A stretch of 64,000 nucleotides of DNA from an uncultured virus (IMG/VR IMGVR_UViG_3300026522_000846) (lineage: Duplodnaviria; Heunggongvirae; Uroviricota; Caudoviricetes): the IMG/VR virus record IMGVR_UViG_3300026522_000846. One strand, written 5' to 3'. Below are positions 9,539 through 18,587 of this stretch, one piece after another. A model generated the notes under the pieces. That model was not told the DNA's origin. It searched no databases and saw nothing but the letters and a program-made list of their open reading frames with translations. Made by a program: the position numbers and the translations under genes. Position 1 is the first letter of the stretch. Each line of letters opens with the position of its first letter.

Positions 9539-9705
9539 TCAACGACATTAGTCGTGAGAGAACGTTTCTTTAATTCCGCTCAATACATACAGAGCACACG
9601 GAATGGCGATCGAGTTGCCCCACATCTTATACTCTGCACTATCGCTATGAGGACTTTTCAGCCATTTCTTGATCTGATTGTCGGTCTTGGGTTTGGTCGC
9701 ATGTA

Positions 9706-9759
9706 ATGGAAAGGATTTACGATCCTTTCCTAGGAACGGTTCTTTCAGAACCGTTCCAT
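9706..9759. repeat. Family-A element in-frame in the methyltransferase C-terminal part
   Basis: Encodes NGTVLKEPFLGKDRKSFPL. Confidence 0.92.
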
Positions 9760-10470
9760 TACTAACCAGACGGCGGTGTGTTTCAAAAACATCCCTCCAA
9801 AACGCCATCTCCTCATCGGTTGGCTCATCCGTTCCAAGGTTATCGCATCAATCGTCAGGGAATCCTTGCAGTCTGGCACACTCGGTCGGGGTGAGCCTAC
9901 GGACAATATATTTCGATTCTTTTTCTCCTGCTACAGTCGGGGGATCCTTATAATCGGTACTCACTAATGTATTTGCTATATTTTCTCCCACTGTTGTATG
10001 GCGTTTGCTTTTACTCGTACTGTAGACAAGGGTTTCAGAACCACCACCGTATATTCCGCCTCTGGCACGAAGAGAGCTACTAACACTGTTTTTCGTATAT
10101 TTATCATAGGCATCCTGCGAAAATGCTACCGCATGGCGGTCGATGGTATTGAGCGTAAAGCTGACATCTTCATTGATACCGCTCCCCTGCGGTCCGTTCT
10201 TATCCGCCCTCCCGATCATGGAACCCTGTACCGATACCACGGCGATACCACCCTGATTACAGGCCGGATTCCCACCACTTGTGTCAAGTGTCCGTGAGGT
10301 GGGAGCGACCTCAACGGGACCGGTATAATATCCGATGGAGCGGCTCTTGGCGGAGTGTTCGGTACAAAAGCCCGCCGCACCCATGACCACGGGAGGATGC
10401 CCATGATCCTGCGCACGGAGCGTTCCCGTTACATCCTCGGACACATCCATTCGGTCGCCACCCTGGTCGT

Positions 10471-10863
10471 TTAAGCAGATAGCGCCTGCCGCTCCAGAGC
10501 CTTCCGAAGGAGAACCGGCAGTTCCTTGCCACGAGCAGAAGCCCTGCGGAGTATACCCTGACATGCCTTCGGACTCAAAGAGAATCTTTCCGGCACTTCC
10601 GCCATCAAGATCTCCGACAAGGTAGATACGTTTTCTTCTCTGGGGGACTCCCCAGTATTGAGCGTCAAGGACTCGCCATGCGACTGAGTAACCATCTCCC
10701 ACGACAAGTCCTGCGTGGTTCCATTTTTCAGGTTTAGGAATTGATACGTCCTCTTCTTTGATTCGGCAGATGTTTTCGAGGACACATCGGAAGTCCTCTC
10801 CGTGGTTGGATGAAAATGCTCCGGGGACGTTTTCCCAGACGATATATTTTGGATATTCTCCAT
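10471..10863 (-). CDS. Out-of-frame nested ORF resembling the beta polypeptide of M.EcoHK31I-type methyltransferases
   Basis: Same strand, alternative frame inside dcm; GAGGGA RBS; motif STLSEIL...LSPKACQGILRRA..RGKELP. Confidence 0.7.
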   Translation of the reverse strand: MENIQNISSGKTSPEHFHPTTERTSDVSSKTSAESKKRTYQFLNLKNGTTQDLSWEMVTQSHGESLTLNTGESPREENVSTLSEILMAEVPERFSLSPKACQGILRRASARGKELPVLLRKALERQALSA

Positions 10864-11316
10864 TTGTTGCTTCCCTCATTTCTTTAACGATTCGTACTGC
10901 TTCAAAAAACAGGGACGACCTAGAACCGCTTAACCCTGCTCTTTTTCCACTAATAGATAAATCCTGACAAGGCGACCCGAATGTGATAATGTCCACGGGT
11001 TTTAGTTTTGCTCCGTCAAGGGCGGACACATCACCATAGTGCTTGACCTGTGGCATTCGTTTCGTTGTTACCCGAATGGGGAACGGTTCGATCTCGGAAG
11101 ACCACACCGTCCTGATCCCCGAAAAACTTCCCGCATAGGGAAATCCTCCTGCTCCGTCAAAAAGAGAACCGAGTGTCACTTCTTTCTCTGTTTCATTCAC
11201 CGCTTCTTACCTTTCTGTTTTTTTTCGTATTTGCAAAAGCCTTACAATTTTTCTATGCGTAATTTCTTATTAAACGTACAATTTTTTTTGAGCTGATTTC
11301 TGATACAGACGAACCA

Positions 11317-12252
11317 TTATCGCTCGATTTCTTCCTGTGTTTCTCTTTGTACCTGTTCTTTGAATGGTTCTGTTGTTACGACAAAGACTCTTGCTCCTGT
11401 TGTCCGTGTCTCTTTATACAGGTCGTAGGGAAGAGCAGATAGGTCATGTCCGTTCGTTCCACCATAGGTTCTGTCCATAGTGGCAAGGTCATCGCTATGC
11501 CAAAACCATGAAAGCTGCCACACAGCTTCGTTTCCCTTGGTATATGGTGAAAGAATCAGATAGTCATTACCATGGTCGAACTCCAAGGCGGTGAACCCCG
11601 GAGTGTCAAGGATCGATTTCCACATAGCAACACGTTCTGCTTCGATTTTGTCAGCTTCTTCGATTTCCTCCTCCGTACCATTAAAATAAACGGCCGGTTT
11701 GGAACGGTCAGACGGAATCATCACAATACGTTCTTGGGTATGGGGTTCCCGCTCCTTTGTGACTGCCTGTTCGATTTGTCGTACCAAAAGATTTGGTTGG
11801 GTATTGATGTCAATTCTCTCTCCGAACCATGTACCATGCCTCGCATTCACATCGTTTATGACCTTGATTCCGATGCCACCCCATTCATGTAGGTTGTGGG
11901 AATAGTCATCAAGCAGGACATCGTTTGGTCGAATGTCGTGGATATACCTGTCTTTCGGTACTCCGCAGGGGCAAAAGATACGATGTGCCTTGTCGATCTC
12001 CGGAAGGTCAATGTCCAGTCTCTGATTTTTCTCTGCAAGGGCATAAGGGTTTTCTTCATTTGACAGGACGGCAGACAGGATATAAACGTCATATCTGTCG
12101 TCTTTTACCAATTCCTTTACCGCTTTTACGATGTTCTTCTGCGGTTTCAGTGTCAGGTAGTAATACTGTTCGAAAATAGCTTCATAGGGAACGTCTTTCC
12201 GCCATTCATAAAGCGTTCCATCCATGTCGACAAAGATACGCTGCTTTTCCAT
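11317..12252 (-). CDS. HAD-superfamily 5'(3')-deoxyribonucleotidase-like protein with a C-terminal extension
   Basis: IFVDMDGTL and VLLDDYSHNL motifs. Confidence 0.75.
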   Translation of the reverse strand: MEKQRIFVDMDGTLYEWRKDVPYEAIFEQYYYLTLKPQKNIVKAVKELVKDDRYDVYILSAVLSNEENPYALAEKNQRLDIDLPEIDKAHRIFCPCGVPKDRYIHDIRPNDVLLDDYSHNLHEWGGIGIKVINDVNARHGTWFGERIDINTQPNLLVRQIEQAVTKEREPHTQERIVMIPSDRSKPAVYFNGTEEEIEEADKIEAERVAMWKSILDTPGFTALEFDHGNDYLILSPYTKGNEAVWQLSWFWHSDDLATMDRTYGGTNGHDLSALPYDLYKETRTTGARVFVVTTEPFKEQVQRETQEEIER

Positions 12253-12265
12253 GAAGAATTCCTTT

Positions 12266-12829
12266 CTACGATAAAAAGACTCTCGAACTCGGATAGAGCC
12301 TGAATACGATATGTCCCACGATGTCTTTCCCTTTGACTGGCCCTATTATCCTGCTGTCAACACTATTGTTCCTGTTGTCGCCAAGCACGAAATATTCGTC
12401 TTTTCCGAGTTTTACAGGATTTCCTGCAATACCGGGATCATTCATTTCAGCATTCCCATGAGTGTCGCTTAAAAGTTTGCCGTTTATGTATGTAGCACCC
12501 TTTTTGATGAGAATGGTTTCTCCGGGCAGTCCTATTACTCTCTTTATGAGGTAATACTTTGAACCTTCCTCTTTTGGTACGACTACGATGTCGAACCGTT
12601 TCGGTTTGCTTATTTTGTAGCTTAATTTCTCAAGCACAAGGTTGTCGCCTGACCTTAACGTGTTCTGCATGGAACTTCCCGACACCACTACACCTTGTAT
12701 TAAAAAGCGTACAATGAGTAGTACCAAAACAATTATTGCTATGTTTAATATCAGACCACGCAGGTTCTTCCTGTTTCGTTTTGGTGACTCTTCTATCTTG
12801 GTATTGTCGACATAAGCTTCTTCATTCAT
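12266..12829 (-). CDS. lepB: Signal peptidase I
   Basis: TM helix, SGSSM, IKRVIGLPGE and GDNRNNSVDSR. Confidence 0.93.
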   Translation of the reverse strand: MNEEAYVDNTKIEESPKRNRKNLRGLILNIAIIVLVLLIVRFLIQGVVVSGSSMQNTLRSGDNLVLEKLSYKISKPKRFDIVVVPKEEGSKYYLIKRVIGLPGETILIKKGATYINGKLLSDTHGNAEMNDPGIAGNPVKLGKDEYFVLGDNRNNSVDSRIIGPVKGKDIVGHIVFRLYPSSRVFLS

Positions 12830-14443
12830 AAGATGTAGCGTCAGACACCCACGACTTTAGTCGCGGGAGGAGACGCACCTCCTTTCTATGAGTAAATGTT
12901 TTGCAGGGTTAACAAATTTGAGTTTTTTATAACTGATACCTGCATTTATTTTTGTTCCATCAAGCGTACGCACATCCATGTATCCGGCAGAACGTCTTCC
13001 GAAGATAAAGCACTCCGTACTGTTACATTTGACTTTATCGAACAGTCTGAAGCCTTTAATCTCGTGTTCTGCCTGATTGCGTTTACGGATGCTGCCCTTT
13101 AGTGTCTTGACCTTATGTATTTGCCTGTTGTGGCATCGCACCTTCTTACAGAAGAACCATTCACCAGCGGGTTCTACGTCAGGGTGACCGCTTATACACC
13201 TTGCATCAATGCGGTGATCTTTCGGCAAATCACATTGCTTACGCTTTTCAGCCGTCTTATAACCGTACGTCATGTGGAGCGGGATACCGAGTGCTTTGAG
13301 CCTGTTCCAGACAGCCCATCTCATGATGCCCATGAACGAAGCATCCTGCATAGTCTTTATCTTTGTGTCAGGTCTCATGACCTCGGATTTTCTGCCAGTA
13401 AGAGTTCCTGCGTGGTATGCCTTGTGGCAGTCAGCACAGACGGTTATAAGATTTGCCGGCATATCCGTACCGCCATCCTTGCGTTGCTTTTTGTGGTGTA
13501 CCTGTAGTTGAACGTGTTCTGCACCGCATACGGCACACTTATAACCATCACGCCATTTAACATAAGCTTTGATATTATCAAAGCCTTCTGCTTCCCCATG
13601 CTGATAGTCAGTTCCCGAAGGAGTCTTCATACCAAGGATGTCTGCCTTCAGTTTCTGCGTATCAAAAGGTGCCATCTCAATCGTTATAGTTGTTACAGGG
13701 AGTATCCTACATACATCCTTTACGACTTTAACGTGTGTATCGCACTTTGCCTGAACAGATGGGGCAAGCCATCCTTTCTGCTTGCTATGGACACGGTTCT
13801 GAAAACGTGGCTTCCTGTAACGTGTCTTTCTGCTACGTCTGCTACGCCGTGTTTCTCTCCTAGCCATGAGCAACTTACTGATATCCTGTCTTAAATCTAC
13901 TTGTGCAGAAAGCAGCTCTTTCCTTTCAGTTGTAGCAGATAGACCGATATGCTTACTTCCTGCATCAACGCCAAGGCTTACGGGCTGTGTGTGTTTCCCG
14001 CTGTCGTATGTAAGCCGTATCGTAAACGGATCACGTCTGACAACAACTGCCTTGCCATCCTTTAGAAGATGTCTTACCTTCCCATACCGTTTGGTTGGCA
14101 TGAGAGGGTTTCCATCCTTATCTAATACATAAACCATAAGTTACCTTTCTACTGTACTTAAACAGTAAGCCTTACTACAGTCTTACATTCTGAATTTCAG
14201 ATGTAAAAACCATATCAGTTGTCACACCTTCGCCAATGTTAGAAATGCTTTCCGTACTCGGTCATCTTGGGTTGACTGCGGTTTACCCTCTCACCGCTGT
14301 TTACAGGGCCCGCACAGAGCCGTAGGTTAGGTGCTACGCCCACGGGTGTGATAACATATCTAACGTAGCCTTTATTTCAAGGCTTAGGCTAGTCAATGGA
14401 GCTTTTGATTACAAGCTCGTGACTTTAGTCATGGGTCATTGAC
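12830..14443 (-). mobile_element. IscB (IS200/IS605-superfamily) element
   Basis: Begins GTCAATGACCCATGACTAAAGTCACGAG; ends with the hairpin CCCGCGACTAAAGTCGTGGG just before the lepB ATG. Confidence 0.85.
12857..14137 (-). CDS. iscB: RNA-guided endonuclease IscB
   Basis: PLMP N-terminus, RuvC-I GVDAG, Arg-rich bridge helix, HNH VHH...NLITVCADCH, RuvC-III HRIDA. Confidence 0.95.
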   Translation of the reverse strand: MVYVLDKDGNPLMPTKRYGKVRHLLKDGKAVVVRRDPFTIRLTYDSGKHTQPVSLGVDAGSKHIGLSATTERKELLSAQVDLRQDISKLLMARRETRRSRRSRKTRYRKPRFQNRVHSKQKGWLAPSVQAKCDTHVKVVKDVCRILPVTTITIEMAPFDTQKLKADILGMKTPSGTDYQHGEAEGFDNIKAYVKWRDGYKCAVCGAEHVQLQVHHKKQRKDGGTDMPANLITVCADCHKAYHAGTLTGRKSEVMRPDTKIKTMQDASFMGIMRWAVWNRLKALGIPLHMTYGYKTAEKRKQCDLPKDHRIDARCISGHPDVEPAGEWFFCKKVRCHNRQIHKVKTLKGSIRKRNQAEHEIKGFRLFDKVKCNSTECFIFGRRSAGYMDVRTLDGTKINAGISYKKLKFVNPAKHLLIERRCVSSRD

Positions 14444-14460
14444 TAGAGCAAAGCACACTA
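14150..14460 (-). ncRNA. IscB omegaRNA (HEARO-like); guide about 14444-14460
   Basis: About 300 nt non-coding upstream of iscB with GTCAA...TTGACTAGCCTAAG...CTACGTT...AACATTGGCGAAG, typical of HEARO RNAs. Confidence 0.82.
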
Positions 14461-14702
14461 AAACCGATAGCTATTATCTGTAGTATTGTTAAGAAAGTCG
14501 TACCTATAAGCAGAGTCGACCATGAGAAACTCATGTGTCCAAACACAGTTACTGTCAGTAGAAACAAACCTATAAACATAAGGCTTACCAAAAAGTCTGC
14601 TGTCAGGAATAGAAAAATGACTGACCAGTTAATGGAGTGGATCTTTGATCCACTCCTAGGAACGATACTGAAAGTATCGTTCCAGTTAATTCGTTTACTC
14701 AT
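14436..14702 (-). CDS. Small membrane protein with an in-frame family-A insert
   Basis: Two hydrophobic helices; MSKRINW[19-aa insert]SVIFLF. Confidence 0.65.
   Translation of the reverse strand: MSKRINWNDTFSIVPRSGSKIHSINWSVIFLFLTADFLVSLMFIGLFLLTVTVFGHMSFSWSTLLIGTTFLTILQIIAIGFSVLCSSQ
14632..14685. repeat. Family-A element with a perfect 9-nt direct repeat CCAGTTAAT (period 57)
   Basis: CCAGTTAAT at 14625-14633 and 14682-14690. Confidence 0.92.
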
Positions 14703-14812
14703 ATCAATTTCCTTTCACTTTTGCTTCACTTGTTTTCCAAAATATTTATGAATAAAACGTTAATTTTGAAACAAATAAAAACGCCCAATTCTCAATCAAG
14801 AGAATGAGCGTT

Positions 14813-14841
14813 CCTAGGAACGAACCAAGGGTTCGTTCCAT
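14813..14841. repeat. Family-A single hairpin fused to a terminator-like stem
   Basis: CC-TA-GGAACGAACCAAGGGTTCGTTCCAT followed by a T-run. Confidence 0.8.
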
Positions 14842-14869
14842 TTTTTGTATTATCTTCAGGCGATATGTC

Positions 14870-15526
14870 TTACCTCATAAGGTCGTCATCTCTGGAGTCC
14901 TCTTTTGAGTGCTCTTCGGCGTACTTCTCTCTTGACTCCTTAACAGACTCTACGATCTGCTTTGCAGTCAGGTCGATGTTCTTATACTGTCCGTCATCTT
15001 CCTTTACGGAAACGTGCTTTACTGTGTCGGCACTTCCGACAAGAACATCCTTTGTCTTTCCGTCATTACTGTCATATATCTGTTTCGGTGACGCGGTGAA
15101 TGACGCGTGCTTGCCCTCGTACTCAAATCCTACGGAATAGAACGGACCGTTCTTTCCCTCATGCTCCCAGATAAGTTTGGGTGACACGCCATCGATCCAC
15201 AGAGGCTTCTCGTTTGAGTCCTTTCCCCTGTTCGACTTGAATGCCTCTCTGTTGGCATTGTATGCCTCGGCGATCTTTCCAACCGTCATTCTCTGACTGG
15301 TTTTTGTCTTGGAAAAATACACGCTCATCTCATAATTCGGATCATTGGAAAGCCAGATGTTCTTTCTGCCATCCCTGTCATGCACCGACTTCGGACTTAC
15401 TGTGATGTTTCCAAGCTCGCCGTCAATAAAGACACCGACGCTCACATACGGTCCTTTCTTCCCCTCACGCTCATGAATAAGCTTCGGGCTTACATTGTTA
15501 AGATAAATTCCATTGTTCTCTGCCAT
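14870..15526 (-). CDS. Hypothetical protein with an internally duplicated domain
   Basis: VSPKLIHEREGKKGPYVSVG and VSPKLIWEHEGKNGPFYSVG. Confidence 0.75.
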   Translation of the reverse strand: MAENNGIYLNNVSPKLIHEREGKKGPYVSVGVFIDGELGNITVSPKSVHDRDGRKNIWLSNDPNYEMSVYFSKTKTSQRMTVGKIAEAYNANREAFKSNRGKDSNEKPLWIDGVSPKLIWEHEGKNGPFYSVGFEYEGKHASFTASPKQIYDSNDGKTKDVLVGSADTVKHVSVKEDDGQYKNIDLTAKQIVESVKESREKYAEEHSKEDSRDDDLMR

Positions 15527-15683
15527 AATTTTGATCTCCTTTTTCTTGTAAAGCAGAATGTTTCATTAATGAGTTGTGGACTCATCTTTTATTTTTTTAT
15601 GAATAAAATTTAATTTCTGAAAAATAGCCATTTTAATTAAAAAAATAATAGACGAAAAGAGAGGGAAAATATCCCTCTCTCTC

Positions 15684-16073
15684 CTATTTGGAATATTTTC
15701 CGTTCAAAAAGGTAAATTTGTCCTCATTCCCATACGAACTACCGTATGCTTTCACCATGGCGATTATCCAATCGATCAATCCCCAAATGCCAAAGGTCAT
15801 CCAACCGAATAGTAGCTTGACGACTCCGAGTCCAATCTGTCCTCTGACAAATCGGTCTGCACCGAAACCACCAAGGAAAAAACAAAATACCCATGTGAAC
15901 AAGTTTTTATCAATTGTTTTAACATTTACGCCGACAGGATATGTACCGCCGTTAAATGGAGTGGATCGCAGATCCACTCCTAGGAACGGTTCTTTTGGAA
16001 CCGTTCCATTAAATACAGTTTCTGTCTGTGCATATGGAGTGGAATTTGTTGCCTGTTCTTTTGTTTCTGTCAT
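15684..16073 (-). CDS. TM2-domain membrane protein with an in-frame family-A insert
   Basis: FFLGGFGADRF.RGQIGLGVVKL; insert at 15956-16009. Confidence 0.8.
   Translation of the reverse strand: MTETKEQATNSTPYAQTETVFNGTVPKEPFLGVDLRSTPFNGGTYPVGVNVKTIDKNLFTWVFCFFLGGFGADRFVRGQIGLGVVKLLFGWMTFGIWGLIDWIIAMVKAYGSSYGNEDKFTFLNGKYSK
15956..16009. repeat. Family-A element
   Basis: Flanked by CCGTTAAAT / CCATTAAAT. Confidence 0.92.
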
Positions 16074-16143
16074 ATAAAATTATCCTTTCATAAAAGTGAA
16101 CGTTACTATTTTTTTTATGAATAAAATTTAATTTCTGAAAAAT

Positions 16144-16632
16144 TCATACAAATAAGCTATCCAAGTCATACCGCTTACGGACTCTTAACTTTCGTTCAGG
16201 AATCCGTCGCCCTATATCTCTGGCGTCATTTCGATTGATACTTTTCTTATGGCATAGCCGTGTGAATGTTAAAAACGTTGTTGGTCGAATGGCATAGGTT
16301 TCACCATATTTTCGGAAATGGATAATCAGATAAGACAGTGCATTCCCTTCCGTTTCTGCCTTTTGTAAGGCCTTGACCTGACGGAACTTGATGACGTTAT
16401 TATTCTTGTCACCAAAAGATGCTGATGTACCGCCAACAGACTTTAATTCAACGCAGCACATCTGTCCGTTTTTGCAGAGAATAGCATCGTAAGGACTTTT
16501 AATGCTAAACCGGATACCATCAGGATTATCGTTCTTCCGAAAGCCTGTTGCACTGTCATGCAGTCTCAAATAGTACATTCCATTAGCCGAATGCTTAAAA
16601 TCTTCTTCGAAAAATTTGCCTATATTTCTCAT
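16144..16632 (-). CDS. recU: RecU-like Holliday junction resolvase
   Basis: GKFFEEDF...SPYD...VELKS...RQVKAL PD-(D/E)XK pattern. Confidence 0.72.
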   Translation of the reverse strand: MRNIGKFFEEDFKHSANGMYYLRLHDSATGFRKNDNPDGIRFSIKSPYDAILCKNGQMCCVELKSVGGTSASFGDKNNNVIKFRQVKALQKAETEGNALSYLIIHFRKYGETYAIRPTTFLTFTRLCHKKSINRNDARDIGRRIPERKLRVRKRYDLDSLFV

Positions 16633-16639
16633 ATTTGAC

Positions 16640-17149
16640 CTATTCAGATGTTAACAGCCACACGCAGATGACGGGGTCTTGTGCATTGTCAAAGAATGAC
16701 CAATAGCCGTCACAATAAGTATCTGCATAGATATAATGCCCCTTGACACAGATAAAGGCGTCATCTTCCAAATTGGCAAGGTAGTCCTGAAGAGTCGGGC
16801 GTTCATTCCGCTTAAAATACAGCTTCTTTTTGACAGGGAAAAACTTCCTTACCATACGGTTGAACCCATCCAAGGACAGATAGCCATCATCTTTTAATTC
16901 ATCGGAATAATATTTGCCAACATCTGTGTACCGCTTTTCAATATGGTGGCGACTCTCTGCATCATAAGCATTGCGTGGAACGATTCTTCCGGAGCAGGCG
17001 ATAAATCGCCTGATTCTTTCAGAATCGTTCCTAGGAAAGGGACTAAAGTCCCTTTCCATAGCACACGCCATGGCAGTCACGCTACATGGCGTTCCAACCA
17101 AACAATTATCAGGGGTAATTCTCCAACAATGCACTTCCTTATCTGCCAC
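16640..17149 (-). CDS. Hypothetical protein with an in-frame A+C insert; start affected by the IS607 end
   Basis: CSVTAMACA...GHYIY; the GTG start is supplied by the IS end. Confidence 0.6.
   Translation of the reverse strand: MADKEVHCWRITPDNCLVGTPCSVTAMACAMERDFSPFPRNDSERIRRFIACSGRIVPRNAYDAESRHHIEKRYTDVGKYYSDELKDDGYLSLDGFNRMVRKFFPVKKKLYFKRNERPTLQDYLANLEDDAFICVKGHYIYADTYCDGYWSFFDNAQDPVICVWLLTSE
16975..17059. repeat. Family-A element with a nested 30-nt family-C module
   Basis: CAGGCGATAAATCGCCTG hairpin inside the first A hairpin. Confidence 0.88.
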
Positions 17150-17328
17150 TCAAAATATGTTTAAATATACTCAAACACATCGAGAATTGAAATCCTTGCG
17201 GATACTTCTTACTGCTTCAATGTGTATGTTTTGGCGATTATAAACAATACGCTACTCACAAGTTCGTGTACACTCCACAGTCGTAAATTCCTGCGATAGC
17301 CCGCAGTACATACTTACATTTGCGTTTA

Positions 17329-18489
17329 TTATGCAATTGTGTAAGTTAAAGCATCTCTTAGATTAAGAGCAGCATTGAAATCCCTATCCTCAACATAGCC
17401 ACAATCACAACGATATATTCTATCTGAAAGTTTCAAATCTTTCTTGATAGCACCACAGCAATGACATATTTTGGATGATGGATACCATCTGTCTACGACT
17501 CTTAATTCAATACCATTTTCATCACATTTTGCTTTAAGTTTGGTTCTAAATTCATAGAACTTCTGTGACGCAACAGCTTTTGAAAGATGTCTGTTCTTCA
17601 TCATTCCTGATACATTCAAATCTTCAATAATTATGTAAGATGGTTTGGTTTTTACTATCTCAGCTATTGTCTTATTTAAATAATCAGTACGAATATTATC
17701 CATTTTATGATAAAGTTTTTGTACTTTGAGCTTTTGCTTTTGTATATTCTTTTGAGTGGACTCTCCTTTCTTTAAATTTTCATATTTTCGTGAGAGACAT
17801 CTTTGCTCTCTACGCAGTTTCTTTTCTAATTTTTTAATTCTTGCTGACTTATTGATATTTTTATAAGTTTTACCATTGGAAACAATTGCAAAGTCTTTTA
17901 AACCCAAGTCAATTCCTATACCACCATTGCTATTATTAGCAATCTTAGTGTCTGGAATTTCTACAAGAACTGACACATAGTATCTGCCCGCTTTGATAGA
18001 TACTGTACCGCTTTTAATTTTCCATCCGTCTTTAGTTGTTGGTATATAACCTTTTTCTTTAATGCGTACCCAGCCTAAAGTTGGTATGTTCAGTCTGTGT
18101 CTTTCACATCGGCAATCCTTTGGATTATTCTTTACAAAATACATTTTCACATCAGATTTCCCTTTCTTTTTAAACTTTGGAAAAGCACTCTGATGTTTGA
18201 AAAATCTTGTAAATGCAACGCAACCATTTTCAATTGAGCGTTTTACAGATTTTGAGCTGACTTCCTTAATCCATAATTTATCTGGATTTCTTGGAAGGTA
18301 TTCGTTGTTCAGCCAGACACTAAAGCTTTTACCACTCATAAACTTTTCACCATCATCGTGTAAAGTTTTGTTGTGGTCGAGATAAAAGTTATAGACGTAC
18401 CTACAGGTGCCAATAGTCTTGTTAATTTTGATTTTTTGCTCGGCTGTCGGATTTATTTCCGTCTTGAAGCTCTTTAGCAATTTCTGCAT
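17329..18489 (-). CDS. tnpB: RNA-guided endonuclease TnpB (IS607 type)
   Basis: RuvC GIDLG, IEDL and DRDFNAA; zinc ribbon; more AT-rich than its flanks. Confidence 0.93.
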   Translation of the reverse strand: MQKLLKSFKTEINPTAEQKIKINKTIGTCRYVYNFYLDHNKTLHDDGEKFMSGKSFSVWLNNEYLPRNPDKLWIKEVSSKSVKRSIENGCVAFTRFFKHQSAFPKFKKKGKSDVKMYFVKNNPKDCRCERHRLNIPTLGWVRIKEKGYIPTTKDGWKIKSGTVSIKAGRYYVSVLVEIPDTKIANNSNGGIGIDLGLKDFAIVSNGKTYKNINKSARIKKLEKKLRREQRCLSRKYENLKKGESTQKNIQKQKLKVQKLYHKMDNIRTDYLNKTIAEIVKTKPSYIIIEDLNVSGMMKNRHLSKAVASQKFYEFRTKLKAKCDENGIELRVVDRWYPSSKICHCCGAIKKDLKLSDRIYRCDCGYVEDRDFNAALNLRDALTYTIA

Positions 18490-18541
18490 CTCTTTCTATT
18501 TGCTTTTTATACTTGCGAAGGTCGTACAATCTACAAGAAAA
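18423..18541 (-). pseudogene. tnpA: IS607 serine-recombinase TnpA C-terminal remnant
   Basis: FSCRLYDLRKYKKQIERDAEIAKELQDG, matching the FSxRLYGxR motif. Confidence 0.75.
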
Positions 18542-18587
18542 ACCTGCGGTATAGATACGTTTTGTTACTTAATTTTTCCTTCCTTTC

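Larger units (their letters stand above)
9548..11200 (-). pseudogene. dcm: DNA (cytosine-5) methyltransferase with an in-frame TGA at 9848-9850
   Basis: Motifs LFDGAGG, GSPCQD, ENVPG, QRRKR and RRLTPTECARLQGFP; motif X (YKMWGNSIA) lies beyond the TGA in the same frame. Confidence 0.85.
17143..18560 (-). mobile_element. Internally deleted IS607-family element
   Basis: tnpA C-terminal remnant overlapping tnpB; right end ...ACATATTTTGAGTGGCAG. Left boundary approximate. Confidence 0.75.

Noticed and set aside
9848..9850. UGA=Trp recoding (genetic code 4)
   Set aside because: Many genes here end in TGA and use TGG for Trp; this is a single case.
17143..18560. IStron (group I intron fused to IS607)
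   Set aside because: Fewer than 50 nt lie between the upstream gene and the tnpA remnant, leaving no room for an intron core.
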